A stretch of DNA of 46,073 nucleotides, from positions 66,036,025 to 66,082,097 of the forward strand of contig NC_068982.1 of NCBI RefSeq assembly GCF_001194135.2, in the 5' to 3' direction. Shown piece after piece: positions 22,571 to 35,584 of this stretch. The notes under the pieces were generated by a model, which saw only the letters and a program-made list of their open reading frames with translations, did no database searches and was not told the origin of the DNA. Numbering within the stretch: position 1 is the stretch's first letter; each line of letters opens with the position of its first letter. Position numbers and translations under genes: made by a program. The stretch is from Octopus bimaculoides. Taxonomy: Eukaryota.

Positions 22571-23779
22571 ATATATATATATTATCATCATTTAATGTCC
22601 ATCTTTCATGCTAACATGGGTTGGAGAGTTTGACAGGTGCTGGCCAGGTAGAAAACTACACCAAGCTACTGTGTCTGTTTTGGCATGCCTTTTACAGCTG
22701 GTTGCCCTTCCTAGTGCCAACCACCCAGTAGAGTGGACTGAGTGCTTTTTACATGGCACCAGCATAGGTGAGGTCAGTTTTGACATAGTTTTTAGAACTG
22801 GATTCCCCTCCAAATGCCAACTATTCCACAGTGTAGACTGGATGCTTTTTACATGGCACCAGCACAGGCAGGGTCACCAAGTAACTTGCAAGATAAAGAA
22901 TTTTGAGAGGGGTGGAAGTCATTGGAGGAGGTGAGCTTGTATCAGATGATGAAAGATTAATGTGACAGAGAGGTAGAAATGGGTGTCTTGCTATAGAGGA
23001 GGTACATAGCTATCTGGCCGGGGGAGAGAAAGAGTGATAGAGGGAGAGAGGAAGAAACAGGGAAAGAGAGAGACCAATAACCAGTGCACTTCATATGTGA
23101 GGTTCCAATGAAGCTATAAAGTGTTATTCAGGCACTCAACTATGAGTGCACTGCATGTCATTGCAGAAACAGCTGTAAGCTAATGAAGTTCATAAGATAA
23201 CCATCTATTCCTTTGTCCTCTCTCTTTCTTACACACACACACACACTATGTAGGTATGGTCACATCCAACCTGTGTCCTCTTGAAGCATATCTGCTTATT
23301 TTAGTGTTACAATCCAATATGTTTATGTTGTCATCGTTGCATTGATGTAAGGCAATTATTAGAGTCGAAAATTCTGCAAATATTTTATGCAGAGTTATTA
23401 TACAAACAAAAATAAAAACAAAGTGGAAAATTTTGAGGGTATTATTTATTCATCATTAAACATGTTTTATTTGCTAATAGGAATTATGAAATTTTACTAA
23501 TTTTACTATTTGCTAATAGGAATTATGAAATTTTACACACACAAGCACACATATACACATGCACACAGAAGTACACACACACACATTTGTGTACATTTAC
23601 ATATAGATAAACATATACGTTTATTTACACACACAAATATATATCTAAACATACGCGCATACATAGGATTATTCACATACATATTTACATACGTCATCAC
23701 ACACTGATATATAGTTAACATAGTTTTATGACAACTATAAAGACAAAAAATTACAAAGCTGTATATATAAAATATATAT

Positions 23780-24010
23780 ATCATTATCATCATCGTTTCA
23801 CGTCCATTTTCCATGCTAGCATGAGCTGGACGGTTCGACCGGGGTCTGGGAAGCTAGCAGGCTGGCAGTGTTTCTACAGCTGGATGCCCTTCCAAATGCC
23901 AACCACTCCGTGAGTGTAGTGGGTGCTTTTTACATGTCACCGACACAGGGGCCAGAGGAGGCTGGCAACGGCCACAATCAGTTGTAGCTTTTTATGTGCC
24001 ACTGGCACAA
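23780..24010 (-). mobile_element. 3' tail of an RTE-type LINE or RTE-mobilised SINE, (GAT)n-tailed
   Basis: catcatcgtttcacgtccattttccatgctagcatg...ggatgcccttcc. More decayed copies in the same orientation lie at about 6000-6200, 11330-11470, 19430-19560 and 22585-22900. Strand assignment relies on recalled RTE tail structure. Confidence 0.7.
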
Positions 24011-24842
24011 ATAAAACAATAAAACACAATTTTATTGGAGAAAAGAAAGAAAAAGAAAAAAAGCAAGAAAAGAAGTAGATATATAAGTGTATCTAGTTAC
24101 AGATTTTTAACAAAAAATAATAAAACCATAATAGCATTTATACATCTATATATGTGGACACTCATAAACATACACACACATCTAAATACATATACACATA
24201 CTTTTTATTTTACATAAACTGCATTTAAATCGGCCACATTTGGCCCATATATTCTACAGGTTTTACGTTCAAACTGGCTAGATCCTGCTTCTCATACTTA
24301 TCCTATAATGTCATTCTAAAAATATACAATCATATCATTGAAATCTCTAAGCTGTAAGATAATGCATGATCAATTCAAAATAATGTGAATAAATAAGCAT
24401 CACATTTGAGAAAAAAAAAATCTGAGTGCTAAAGGGTTAGAGGCATGTACATATATATAAACATGCCAAAGAGACATACACAAAGATTATAATTGTTTTG
24501 TTTTCATAACCAAACAATATTTTTTAGAAATACTATAAAGTAAATTGCAGTTAGTAAGTGAGGATGTAATTTACAAAGATTTGTGTTTAATTAAACATAA
24601 CTAAAATGTATAAACAATTACACACAAAAAAAATTTTAGTTATATAGATTTATGTTATATATTATACACACATATTTATATACACAAGAAAATATGTACC
24701 CACATATGCATTCATTTTATTGGATCATGTATGTATATTTATGAAAATAGACAATGATATATTCAGTTATAGTGTGCATGCATGAACATAAAGTTAGATG
24801 GTGCACATACATATACACACAGCGAGAGGTATACACATAGTA

Positions 24843-25745
24843 CATGATGATGATGATGGCCGTCCACTCGTGACCGAGGAAGACCATTGCCGACCTTCGG
24901 GAACATTGTGTGCTCTAGGACTAACTTATATTTTGCATTTGCGATTCTGTTGGTGGCTAATGAGCCCTGCTTTTGACAAGCATACACGACTGCAAACATT
25001 GCAGACCAAGCTTTCCCCATTCACTATATGAGCTGTGCGCTTTCACACAGCTCGCTTAAGTTCTTCATGCTGGATACGTGCTCTCTCCGATCCCCTCTTT
25101 AACTGCTCCCTTCATCTGTGGCGATGACAGGCATTGTTCTCCCAGTCAGTGTCCTGCATATCACAGGCCTTTAATGAGGACTTGACACAGTCCTTAAATC
25201 GCAGCTTTGGTTTCTGCCGGAGTCTCCTTCCATTCATAAGTTCTCCATATAGCATCTGCTTAGGAATCCTGCTATCCTTCATTCTAATAAGGTATCCAGT
25301 CCAACGTAACCGGTGCTTGTGCACCATTGCCTCAATACTCAAGATATCAGCTGTCCTCAGGACCTGTGTGTCTGGAATTTTTGAGGTTCAGCCATCATTG
25401 GGAATGTGTCTGAGACATCTCTGATGAAAGCATTCAAGGACCCTTACCTGACGTTTGTACAGGGTCCATGTCTCACGTGAGTAGAGGAGCGATGTCAGTA
25501 CACATGCACGGTACACAGCAACTTTTGATTGCTTTGCAATGCCACACTGGGACCAGGCACAAGACTGAAGAGACTGGAAGGAATTAGTTGCTCTCTGCAA
25601 CCTGAAAGATATTTCCTCATCCAGGGAGCAAGAACGGCTGAGTGTGCTGCCCAGGTAGACAAACTTGTCTACTACCTTCAAAATTGTTCCTTCAACCAAG
25701 ATAGCTGGTTTCACACATGGATTTCCTGGTGCAGGCTGGAACATT
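24843..25745 (-). mobile_element. 5'-truncated RTE-BovB-like LINE, 3' end
   Basis: Peptides LKVVDKFVYLGSTLS...LLYSRETWTLYKRQVRVLECFHQRCLRHI and RLRWTGYLIRMKDSRIPKQMLYGEL...KLRFKD, a C-terminal CNVCSRVCLSKAGLISH finger, and a (CAT)n tail. Confidence 0.93.
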
Positions 25746-26465
25746 ACAACACTCTCTTACACACACATGCACACATATACACACAAATACACATATATAC
25801 ATGTACACATTCACACACAATTTTATATATAATTTGTTGAGATTCCTGCTCATCCTGATGAGGGAGTCATTGCTAAGATGCACTTTAACTCATAATCAAA
25901 CTGTGACAGTGAACTTCTGAAATGGCTATAGATGTGTTTGACTTGATCTTGTGGAACTCTCTTATGCTTCTGAACTCCAACCTATCTTGGTTTTTATGAA
26001 ATGAACTTTTTTGACATATTTTTATTTGAGGGGAGTAAGAAAATATTTTTAGCCAATTGATATTTCATTTTATTTCGATTTTTAGTTGCATGACATACTT
26101 TAGAAATTTTAGTTGATTGTTTATATCTTCTTGATAAGTCATTCTATATATTTATATTTTTATTTGCATATATATTTTTTACCTTCTGTGTTTTTTATAT
26201 ATGTATTCTTTATGTTAAATATATATGTATTCTTTATATGTTAAAGGCCATGGTAATATTTATATATGATCAAATGTATGGAAGCGTGGTGTTATATAAA
26301 GTTGATGACTCAAATTTGATGTTTGTTCTCTAATCAATGTTTTTTTTATCTCTGTCTCAATTACATTTGAGAACTTCTTTTTGCAGTCTTATAAACCCTT
26401 TGGTCTCCATAAAAAAAGGCAAAAATTATATCTTGTTGTATATGTATGTATGTATGTATGTATGT

Positions 26466-26818
26466 GGAGGCGCAATGGCCCAGTGGTTAGGGCAGCGGAC
26501 TCGCGGTCATAGGATCGCGGTTTCGATTCCCAGACCGGGCGTTGTGAGTGTTTATTGAGTGAAAACACCTAAAGCTCCACGAGGCTCCGGCAGGGGATGG
26601 TGGCGAACCCTGCTGTACTCTTTCACCACAACTTTCTCTCACTCTTACTTCCTGTTTTTGTTGTGCCTGTAATTCAAAGGGTCAGCCTTGTCACACTGTG
26701 TCACGCTGAATATCCCCGAGAACTACGTTAAGGGTACACGTGTCTGTGGAGTGCTCAGCCACTTGCACGTTAATTTCACTAGCAGGCTGTTCCATTGATC
26801 GGATCAACTGGAACCCTT
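26466..26818 (+). mobile_element. Young tRNA-derived SINE (family C)
   Basis: Head GGAGGCGCAATGGCCCAGTGGTTAGGGCAGCGG...GTTTCGATTCCC has A and B boxes. CpGs are largely intact and it is inserted after a (TATG)n run. Confidence 0.85.
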
Positions 26819-26925
26819 GCATGTTAATAATAATATTATATTATTAATATACTAATATATATATATCATATTATTAATACTTTGCATGTACCACATCCTT
26901 GCGTTTTTTCTCCATTTTTGTTTTA

Positions 26926-26962
<37 letters not shown>

Positions 26963-27499
26963 TATCACTTGCTATAATAGAGATTTTAAAATATCCCTAA
27001 ACTGAAGGTATTTTTTATTTAATGACTTCAATTTTTTAATTTTAAATATTAGGGAGTAAATTGAAATATTTTAGGTTTTTTTGGTTAATCAAGTATTTGA
27101 TGTCCTCCATAAAGTGTGCTATCTAAGCTTTGTTATCAGCTCGTTATCATTATCACCATCATCATACATTGACTATGAGTTGCACTTATATTGGGTACAT
27201 TGATGGCCACACCACATATCCTGTTCTAACAACAGTGTCCTAAGTTCATCAGCAGTCATTGTATGACTGTCCGTCATATATAGACTATTATTCAAATAAC
27301 ATTCCATTTATGGCTCCAATGCAAATACTTGAAAGCACTACAACAAAACAAAATGCTAGAAAGGTCTAGTGATCTGTTCTTCATTACACAACTTGTTCTG
27401 TACCATTTCTTATATCAAAACTTAACCAGTCACACAAAGCAAAAATTATCTCTTTACAAAAAGGTATAACATTAATCAGTCAGTCATCAAATCTGGAAT

Positions 27500-27650
27500 G
27501 CCTAATTTGTTATTCTCAAATCAAAGTCCTTAAGTTCAACAAATACGATGCACAGATCTTGGTTTTGATAATAAAATCTTTCTTGTAGCTGCATCACTAC
27601 AGCTACAATCCATGATGGGAACTATCATTAATGATGTTCATAGGATATCA
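27500..27650 (-). mobile_element. Highly decayed RTE RT remnant
   Basis: Reads QLQERFYYQNQDLCIVFVELKDFD, resembling QLQEKxxxxxxxLxxxFVDLxKAFD. Confidence 0.45.
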
Positions 27651-28907
27651 TATGATCTTATTATTACATTTTAGTAGTAATACTGCTTCCATCACTATTA
27701 AGTATCCTTAGTTAGTATCATGCATGTAATTACTTGCATATTTATGTCTCAATGGCTCTGAAGATGTTTTTAGTTCTTGTATAGAGGAATTGTAGTAGTA
27801 GCCCTGAATATTCATATTCTGCAGATGGAAATGTTTTTAGCTTTCATTGAATATTCCTACTTCACTGTTGTAAGATAATCCAATGTGGTCAATCCAAAGA
27901 CATAACACAAGATAATATTTCAGGAATCATGAAATCATAGTTACTGCTAATATTGGACATCTGGATTGAAATACATCTTATTCGCCATGAACATCATTAT
28001 AAACCTTTAATACATTTAATTATCTTTCCAGTGTTATCTTTCTCTATTTATCATAGACGCGTTGGTGTTGTTGTTGCTTAGTTTTAGGTCAGCAAACCTA
28101 TGATCAAATGTAGTCCAGCATTGACAATCCTATTCATATCCAGTGTATCTAGAAACACATAATCCAGTATATCCTCCTCTTGTTAGGATCTTCAGGAAGC
28201 ACTTTGAGAATGATTTGGTTACTGTTTGTAGAAGATAGAGTGATTATGTAGAGGTCCCCTCACTGATTTTTCCATGTGTTGGAAGTTAGAAAGTTGATGC
28301 TATGTAATAAAGATAAGTTTCTGGCTAGTGGGTTTAACAATCTGAATTCAATCCCAGTTGTAACCACATCACTTCACTTGAATTGCTAACACCTTGAGAA
28401 AAACATAAGCTATTCATCTCCTTGCAACCAGTGTACATAGGTACAAATCCCCAACTCAATGCATGTGAGTATTGAGCAGGGGCTTTTGTTGGGTTAGCAC
28501 TTTAAAATAATTATTTCTTACATTGGTACAAAGCCACATGTTCTGATGGGGAGGGTGATGTATTCAAGTTAACAACCCCAGTATTTGACTGACACTTACT
28601 AATCTATTTGAAATAGGAAAGTATTGACTTATGCATGTATTCTGTTGACATTTGTTGAAAGAATATCTTTTACCTTTTACTTATTTTAGTCATTGGATTG
28701 TGACCATCCTGGGGCACAACCTTGAAGGGTTTTGTTGAACAAATCAAATTTTATACTATTTTGTTTTTTTAAGTCTGGTACTCATTTTATCAGTGTATTT
28801 TGCTGAACTGCTAACCAATAGGGTCATAAACAAACCAATATTTGCTGACAAGCAACAGCGAAAGAACAAACATTAACACACACACACACACACATGCGCG
28901 TGCACAT

Positions 28908-28939
<32 letters not shown>

Positions 28940-29132
28940 GAGCCCAAAGATTGTTTCAAAACACGTAGCATGTTCTAAAACCTGCCTAACCATGTGTCCC
29001 AATGGCCAAGAAACTATTAGTAGCTCTTATTTTAATAGTATGTATTCACGACAAATTGTTTCATAACTTAAAATCATGTAAATAATTTATGTTATTATAT
29101 TTAAATGCAAAAACTCCTTCAAAATAATACAG

Positions 29133-29213
29133 AATTGAAGCTACATCCCCAGGTGAAAGAAAGTCATTGTTAAATACTAAATTGAATGATACATTAAGGA
29201 GCTTTTTTCATGA
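29133..29213 (+). CDS. Weak candidate exon (phase 2 to 2): IEATSPGERKSLLNTKLNDTLRSFFH(E)
   Basis: 81 nt open and joins in frame to the 31504 exon. Both splice sites are weak. Confidence 0.22.
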
Positions 29214-29538
29214 GTACTATTTGATTACTTGAATCCATATATTATGACCTAAATTTATATATATATATATAAAATGGGCTTCCATACAGTTTCCATCTAC
29301 CAAATTCATTCATAAGGCATTGGTTGGCCCAGGGCTATAATAGAAGGCACTCACATAAGGTCCCACTCAGTGACATTGAACCCAAAACCATGTGGTTGCA
29401 AACCAAACTCCTTAACTACACAGCCATGCCTTGTCTATAATCATAAAGAAAATGACATGTTTGGTGGTTGAGTTAGTACTTTAAGGTCAGAAAATGCTGA
29501 AAACATTTGTTCTTTCTCCAGGGTGGATCACATAACCA

Positions 29539-29584
<46 letters not shown>

Positions 29585-29684
29585 GGTTTGGAGGTGATGT
29601 ACGGGTATTATATATTATGAAAAATAAGGTACTCAGAGATCTCTGAGTACCTTATTTTTTCTAATATATATATATATATATATA

Positions 29685-30143
29685 TGTAAGAACGACCGTG
29701 CGAACTCAAAAAGGAGCAATGGTGACGAATGGAAAAACAGGACTCCTTTTATTTAAACGCATCGCACGGCCGAACACACAAAATAATATATATCAAAGAT
29801 GATATACAAATATGTTATACTACGATAACACATGTGAATTCGTAAATACCAGTAATGAAGAGACGATAGAAGGCAACCGTATAAGATGAATAACAGAGGT
29901 ATTTATTATGGCGTTAAAGATGTATGTGTATGTGAGAGTGTGAATGCGACATATAAGAACATAATCAAAGACAGGCCATCGTACAAAGAAAAGTATGTAT
30001 GTGAGTGATACATGTATGTGTATGTGAGATATTAGAGCAGATAGAAAGAGTCATTAACACGTGAGCATTTATACCAGCTGGCTTATCTCTCAAAGAACAT
30101 CCACCCCTAGGGGTCAGCCACACTTAAGTGGCAATATACTACA
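29685..30143 (-). mobile_element. LTR (solo, or 3' LTR with internal part hidden in the adjacent gap)
   Basis: 459 bp bounded by TGTA...TACA, CpG-rich, AATAAA on the minus strand near the left end, inserted in (TA)n. Confidence 0.65.
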
Positions 30144-31503
30144 NNNNNNNNNNNNNNNNNNNNNNNNNNNNNNNNNNNNNNNNNNNNNNNNNNNNNNNNN
30201 NNNNNNNNNNNNNNNNNNNNNNNNNNNNNNNNNNNNNNNNNNNTATATATATATATATATATAATATATATATTTATATATATGAAAATAATTAAAAAAA
30301 CATATAACTCTCTCCTTCAATATTCATCATGTTAAGGTGTTATATTGTTCAAAGGTCAAAAGGGTATTTAGATAACTGAGAAAGCTTTTATATTACTTAA
30401 TAATCACCTGCCAACTATTCAGTAAAGGTAAAAATTGTTTTGTTGTCAAGTCCTACCAGGTCAAAATCTATAACGTATCTTATCATATTTGAGTTTTGGT
30501 TTAGCATATATATATTGCTGCTACTTAAAGTTTGTTTTCTCAAAGGTAAATACTGTATATTTTTACATTTTTCTTATATTATTTTACCCAAATTACATGT
30601 ACTAACAATATTAGCAAACTAACTGGTCAGTTATAATAGTTACAAAAGTAAAAGTTTGAAATTAAGTTTGCTCATTCATGCTTTTATTTAATTTTTGATT
30701 AGCTTCACTTATTCACAATTTTATGACTGTTATTAATTCTGCTTATGAGGCGGCAAGCTGGCAGAATCATTATTGTGCCAGACAAAATGTTTAGTAGTAT
30801 CTATTCTGTCTACATGTTCTGAGGTTGACTTTGTCTTTCATCCTTTTTGTGGTTGATAAAATAAGTACCAGTTGAGAATGGGGGCTAATGTAATTGACTA
30901 GTCCTATCCCTATTAGTTCTGTGTATAAATCTTATGTAATTTTTTCTTTTTATCATAGGTTTATAGTATATGAAGCTCATTTTTACATTTTATTTAGAGT
31001 GTTTTTTTTTTTGTTTTTAGTGTAGAATGTTATAGCTAAAAATGTCTTTCTTTGTAACATCAATCATCTTGTTATAGGCCAGTTGTTCTCAACATTTTTT
31101 GACTCAGTACCACTTTCCATTGAATGCTGTTTTAACAAATATCCTCACTGTGTTCTGCAAAAAAAAAAAATTAAATTAAAAAAAAAAAAGAGAAACATTT
31201 TACACCATGTTACATACTTTCTTGCGGTTAGTGTATTACACTTACAATTTCAAGATTGCAGTTTCAATTCCCAAAGTGGGCAGTGCAATGTGCTCTTCAG
31301 CAAAACATTTCATGTTGCTCCTGTCTTCTCAGTAACCCTGTGACAAACTGATGTTCTATTCAAAGGGGATGTTGTGATGTTGGTTGCTTATACACTATGG
31401 AAACTGGGCAACCAACCCTATGAGTTGCAGGACTTGAGACAGTACTTACATTTTTACATATTTTTTATATTGTATCCTACTCAGCTGTGTTGTTTTTTTT
31501 TAG

Positions 31504-31598
31504 ATATTTGAGTAGTCTAGAACCTCAATGTTGTTACAGTTTTATGGAAATTATTAAAGAAGGCAAAAAGTTACATAACGAATCCATTTTGAACCTTG
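31504..31598 (+). CDS. Candidate exon (phase 2 to 1): YLSSLEPQCCYSFMEIIKEGKKLHNESILNL
   Basis: tgttttttttttag acceptor and an open frame. The donor CTTG|gtgatt is uncertain. Confidence 0.33.
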
Positions 31599-33331
31599 GT
31601 GATTCATCAGTCATGTTTCTTTCTGTTCACTGATAACATAATTTTACTCTAGTCCTGCCAAAGTCCCCCCACCACACCCATTGTGTATATAAGTATTGTA
31701 CCAGAATTAGATATTGTATTTCTAAGAAAAAAAAAAAGAATGACCATTTTAGACATTCAGTAGCCCTGTATTGCCCCTTGACATCTTCTATTGCTCTCCA
31801 GAGGAAGGGGAATACTACTAAGTTTAAGAACCACAGTTGTATGTTTATTAATCAGTCTCTTAATTTATCTTTGTTATCTACTGAGAGTATAAGAGCTTAT
31901 GTTGTTGTTGTTTAACCCAAGGTCAATCCTTACTGAGTAGACCTGATCAAAGATGTTCCAACCATGGCCAATGTTTTCTTTTTAAAGGCAATAGGGTATG
32001 GTTTAGAGAGATTGGCTGTTATTTTTAGCAAGTTTCCCTCAACGGCTTCTGACAGTTTATGTTCTCCTAAAATGGTAAATACATCAAAACATTCATCAGA
32101 TGCTCTTTTTCAGGTTTCTTCGTAATATTAACCTAATTATTTGATTACTTTATCATCTTATGAAAACCTTAGCTCAGGTCATAATTTTACAGTTTATATA
32201 TTTTTTTATTATTTAAATTGAGTTCCAAATAAAATAAATTTTAATATCTATATCATTTTTATCACATTCTTTTCAATTCCTAATATATGTAGGTTTTTTA
32301 AAATTTTATTTATTTTTTTACATGTTAGTCATTGGAAGAGAGGCAAGCACCCATTGCCTTTCCAAATACTCCCAGATGGACATATCTGATACTCAGCTTG
32401 AACATCTGGAAGCAAAACTTGGGCCAAGAGGGACTTGGGGTCTGAACGCTTTGGACAGAGCCAATTCCACAAAGTGTACCCAAGGACCAGGTGGTGGTGT
32501 TAAATTCGGTGGGCGTGTTAGAATTATGCCCCTGAATATCTATGTTGCTAGGCTTAATTACATTACAAACGAAATATGAATTTTGTTTATATGTAAAGAT
32601 ATTGTGAAATGGTTCAGTATACCTTTTATCGTTACTTGTTTCAGTCATTGGACTGTTGCCAAATTGACTTATTTTTAAGTCTGGTACTTAATCTATCAAT
32701 CTCTTTTGCTGAACCACTAAGATATGAGAATGTAAACAAGCTAAGATATGAGGATGTCAAGCCATGGTAGACACGCACACGCACACACACACACACACAC
32801 AAGTACATACGTGCACACACATGCACACGTGTGCACGCACACACACACACACACACATAGAGGCTTCTTCACACTTTCTGTTTAACAAATTCACTCACAA
32901 GGTTTTGTTCAGCCCAGAGATATAGTAGAAAATACCCACCCAAGGTACTGCACAGTGGAACTGAAACCAAAATCACATGGCTGCAAAGTGCAAACCAAGC
33001 TTCTTAATCACAGTCATGTCATCATGTCTGCACTTTGATAAATGACTAAAATCAACCCAGACAAAATTCAAACTGAAAACATAGAGGAAGGCTCTTAAGA
33101 AACTATTAAAGCTTCCTTTACTTAATACATCTAATCCAACAGTAAAAATTAATAGCTATAACTACTGTTGAAATTACAAATGACTTGCTCTTTATTTTAA
33201 TTCTTGATTTTCTATTAACATCATATAATTGATATTTTTTAAATAAAATTTGGAGAGGGAATATATGTGTATGAGAGAAAGAGTGTGTGAGGGAGAGAAA
33301 TTAGTACTATACATTTCTTTAACATGATCAG

Positions 33332-33416
33332 GAATAGCCTGCTGCACAACTTCCAGACAAATGTAGGTGATTTATCTGTAGATTTAAATGACTATTATAA
33401 AATGTGTCAACTAAAA
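33332..33416 (+). CDS. Candidate exon (phase 2 to 0): NSLLHNFQTNVGDLSVDLNDYYKMCQLK
   Basis: catttctttaacatgatcag acceptor, AAAA|gtacgt donor, 85 nt open. Its phase does not connect directly to the 33580 exon. Confidence 0.4.
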
Positions 33417-33579
33417 GTACGTTCTCTCATTTATTTGGATATAAAAAATAAAACTAATAAATAAGATATTTTTGACAATTGTCAGGTGAACTGACAAAGC
33501 AACTTGCACATTGACAAACACTGTGGTTTCTAGAGTGAATTTTAAATACAAGCATACAAAACGTGTATCAACAATATAG

Positions 33580-33633
33580 CTGTAAGAAAGTACCTCAAGG
33601 AAGTGCTTTGCACACTAAATACATACACATATG
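33580..33633 (+). CDS. Candidate exon (phase 1 to 1): VRKYLKEVLCTLNTYTY
   Basis: Strong TATG|gtaagg donor, weak acceptor, 54 nt open. Confidence 0.4.
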
Positions 33634-34265
33634 GTAAGGTCTCACATATATAATGAAGTGAGTTGAAAAACTTTGATTAAATAAGATTATCCATGCAATT
33701 AGTAGACTAAAAAAAAAGCAAAAAGCAATCAAGGAAGATAACTCTAGTAACATCAGCTAACTGAAATTTTTGGAAAATATAAACATGGGTGTGTAGTTAA
33801 GAAGCTCACTTTGCAACTTCGATATAAAATAAAAGAATTTAGATGAGAGTCAATTTGGTGTTTAAAAACAGGCATGTTCCAGTCTTATGAGATCACCTCA
33901 TGAAAGCATATTCTATTCAGTTGGGGAGCCTTAGAAATGATCACTATTTATAGAAACAGTGAGAACGTAGTGTGTCTGGTTATGGTTATCAACAATATGA
34001 CTCAGGGAAAAGTTCTGTACATAAGAAAGGGTCTCGCAAACAAGATCATTTTGACAGAATTATAGCACTTTACCCTCTCCAGACCAATGCAATGTACTGT
34101 CTATTAAAACCTCATCAAATATAGATTACCTTTGGGGCCTCTAGACTTGTGGGGACCCTGCTTCCCTGTCAACTGCCCAGTGAGCTCATGCCTTAAGATG
34201 GCACTGCTTACATATTTTACTGGTTTCTCTTGTTTGTTGCTTTTAAGTTTTTTAATCTCTTGCAG

Positions 34266-34384
34266 ATGGATTTAGTACTGACAGTCTGTGCTGTGTACTG
34301 GTATTAGGCTGTTCAGTAACTACATTTTTCATACAAGGAATTTTACAGTGTATTTACAGATTCTTTTCAGTGTGGTATATTTAA
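34266..34384 (+). CDS. Candidate terminal coding exon (phase 1 to stop): (D)GFSTDSLCCVLVLGCSVTTFFIQGILQCIYRFFSVWYI*
   Basis: Strong acceptor tttttaatctcttgcag, phase-compatible with the 33580 exon. It could instead end at CTG|gtatta. Confidence 0.35.
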
Positions 34385-34539
34385 AAACAGTGTTGTACAG
34401 AGAGAGACATCACACTGCTCACACACTTAGTACCGCTTCCTGTCTGCAAGGGGTTTAACAGATCTAGAAACAGGTTTTTTCTACTAGGTGCAAATATAAT
34501 CTCAATTAATCAAAGAGACCTTACCTTATGTTTATTTAG

Positions 34540-35480
34540 TAGGTACACTATTCCCCTGAGCTACTTTCCCTTACTGTGTTCCTTGGAAAATCTTCAAACA
34601 ATCCTTTAATTTTGGCCATCAGCTCAGCCTTACTTGAGAAAGACACCAACCACTCTGCCTGCAACACCATGTGCCACATGTAGTAACCCATGAAATTAAA
34701 ATTGGTGAGATTAGGAGGCTAAAAATTGGGGCTGGTGAAGTGATAGAAATTCTCCAACAATCACTTCTGATTGTTCCAGAGGTATGGCAAGGAGCCAAAT
34801 CCTCCTTCCATACATATGACCTTGCAGCTTCACATAACCATCTGAACTGAGCCTAATGTCCTGTTCAAGGCTGTGGGGCAGCATAATGTCACTCTCACTG
34901 GAGCCACACCCAAAGACCATCACAGTTTGGGGAAACTTGGTTTTCAGGATTTGTGGAATATCATATGGATTGTAGACAATCCACCTGTTGTTCTAGGTGT
35001 TGCACAACTGGTCTTGGCAGAAGTTCTTGTTCTTTTCATCTGAGAAGGACCAGATCATCTTCAACTCAGTAGGATGCCTCAGCTTATTCAGGAGCTTATT
35101 TGTCTTTCTCAAGCAGTTCTCCTTGGCCTTAGCTATCAGAATTTGTCCCTTGTGCTTCTTGCATGAGTAGTAGCAAAGGTTATTATTTAGACTCAACTTC
35201 ATGGTGGCGACTCCAACACCCATCTTTTTTGCCAAAGCCTGGATTCCCTTGCTCAAATCTTCCATCACCTTGTCCTGCAGTTGTTAGATAAACTCCAGCA
35301 TGCAGACACTGTCAGAATATCTGCTATGTCTCTTCCTGCTCACCATGGCTTTGTAGTCTTCATTGCAGCTGTTCATGTACATCTTACAGCCTTTTCAGAC
35401 TATTGAGTTTAGTCATGATGTTAGCATTTTGATACCTGGCATAAATTATCATAATACAAGTAACTCCTTTCCAGTATTCA
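34540..35480 (-). mobile_element. Decayed Tc1/mariner-superfamily transposon, maT/DD37D-like
   Basis: Peptides MEDLSKGIQALAKKMGV...IWSFSDEKN.NFCQDQ, MVFGCGSSESDIMLPH...DGYVKL, a degenerate WPPNSPDLNPMDY region, and KAELMAKIKGLFEDFPRNTV. Confidence 0.88.
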
Positions 35481-35584
35481 GATGGCTTCCAGTCCTCCAT
35501 GTCAGCTAACTTATTCTCAACTACAGCTTTAATTTTTATGCTATCCAATGTCATTCTTGAAAAAAAAAAAAAATTGTCAAATTT

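Noticed and set aside
23305-23346. 42-nt + strand exon-like segment (CYNPICLCCHRCID); similar weak candidates at 25841-25894 and 31802-31838
   Set aside because: Cannot be placed unambiguously in the phase chain, and such matches are frequent by chance.
26466-26540. tRNA-like sequence as a genuine tRNA gene
   Set aside because: Continues directly into a SINE body and tail, and the acceptor stem does not close.
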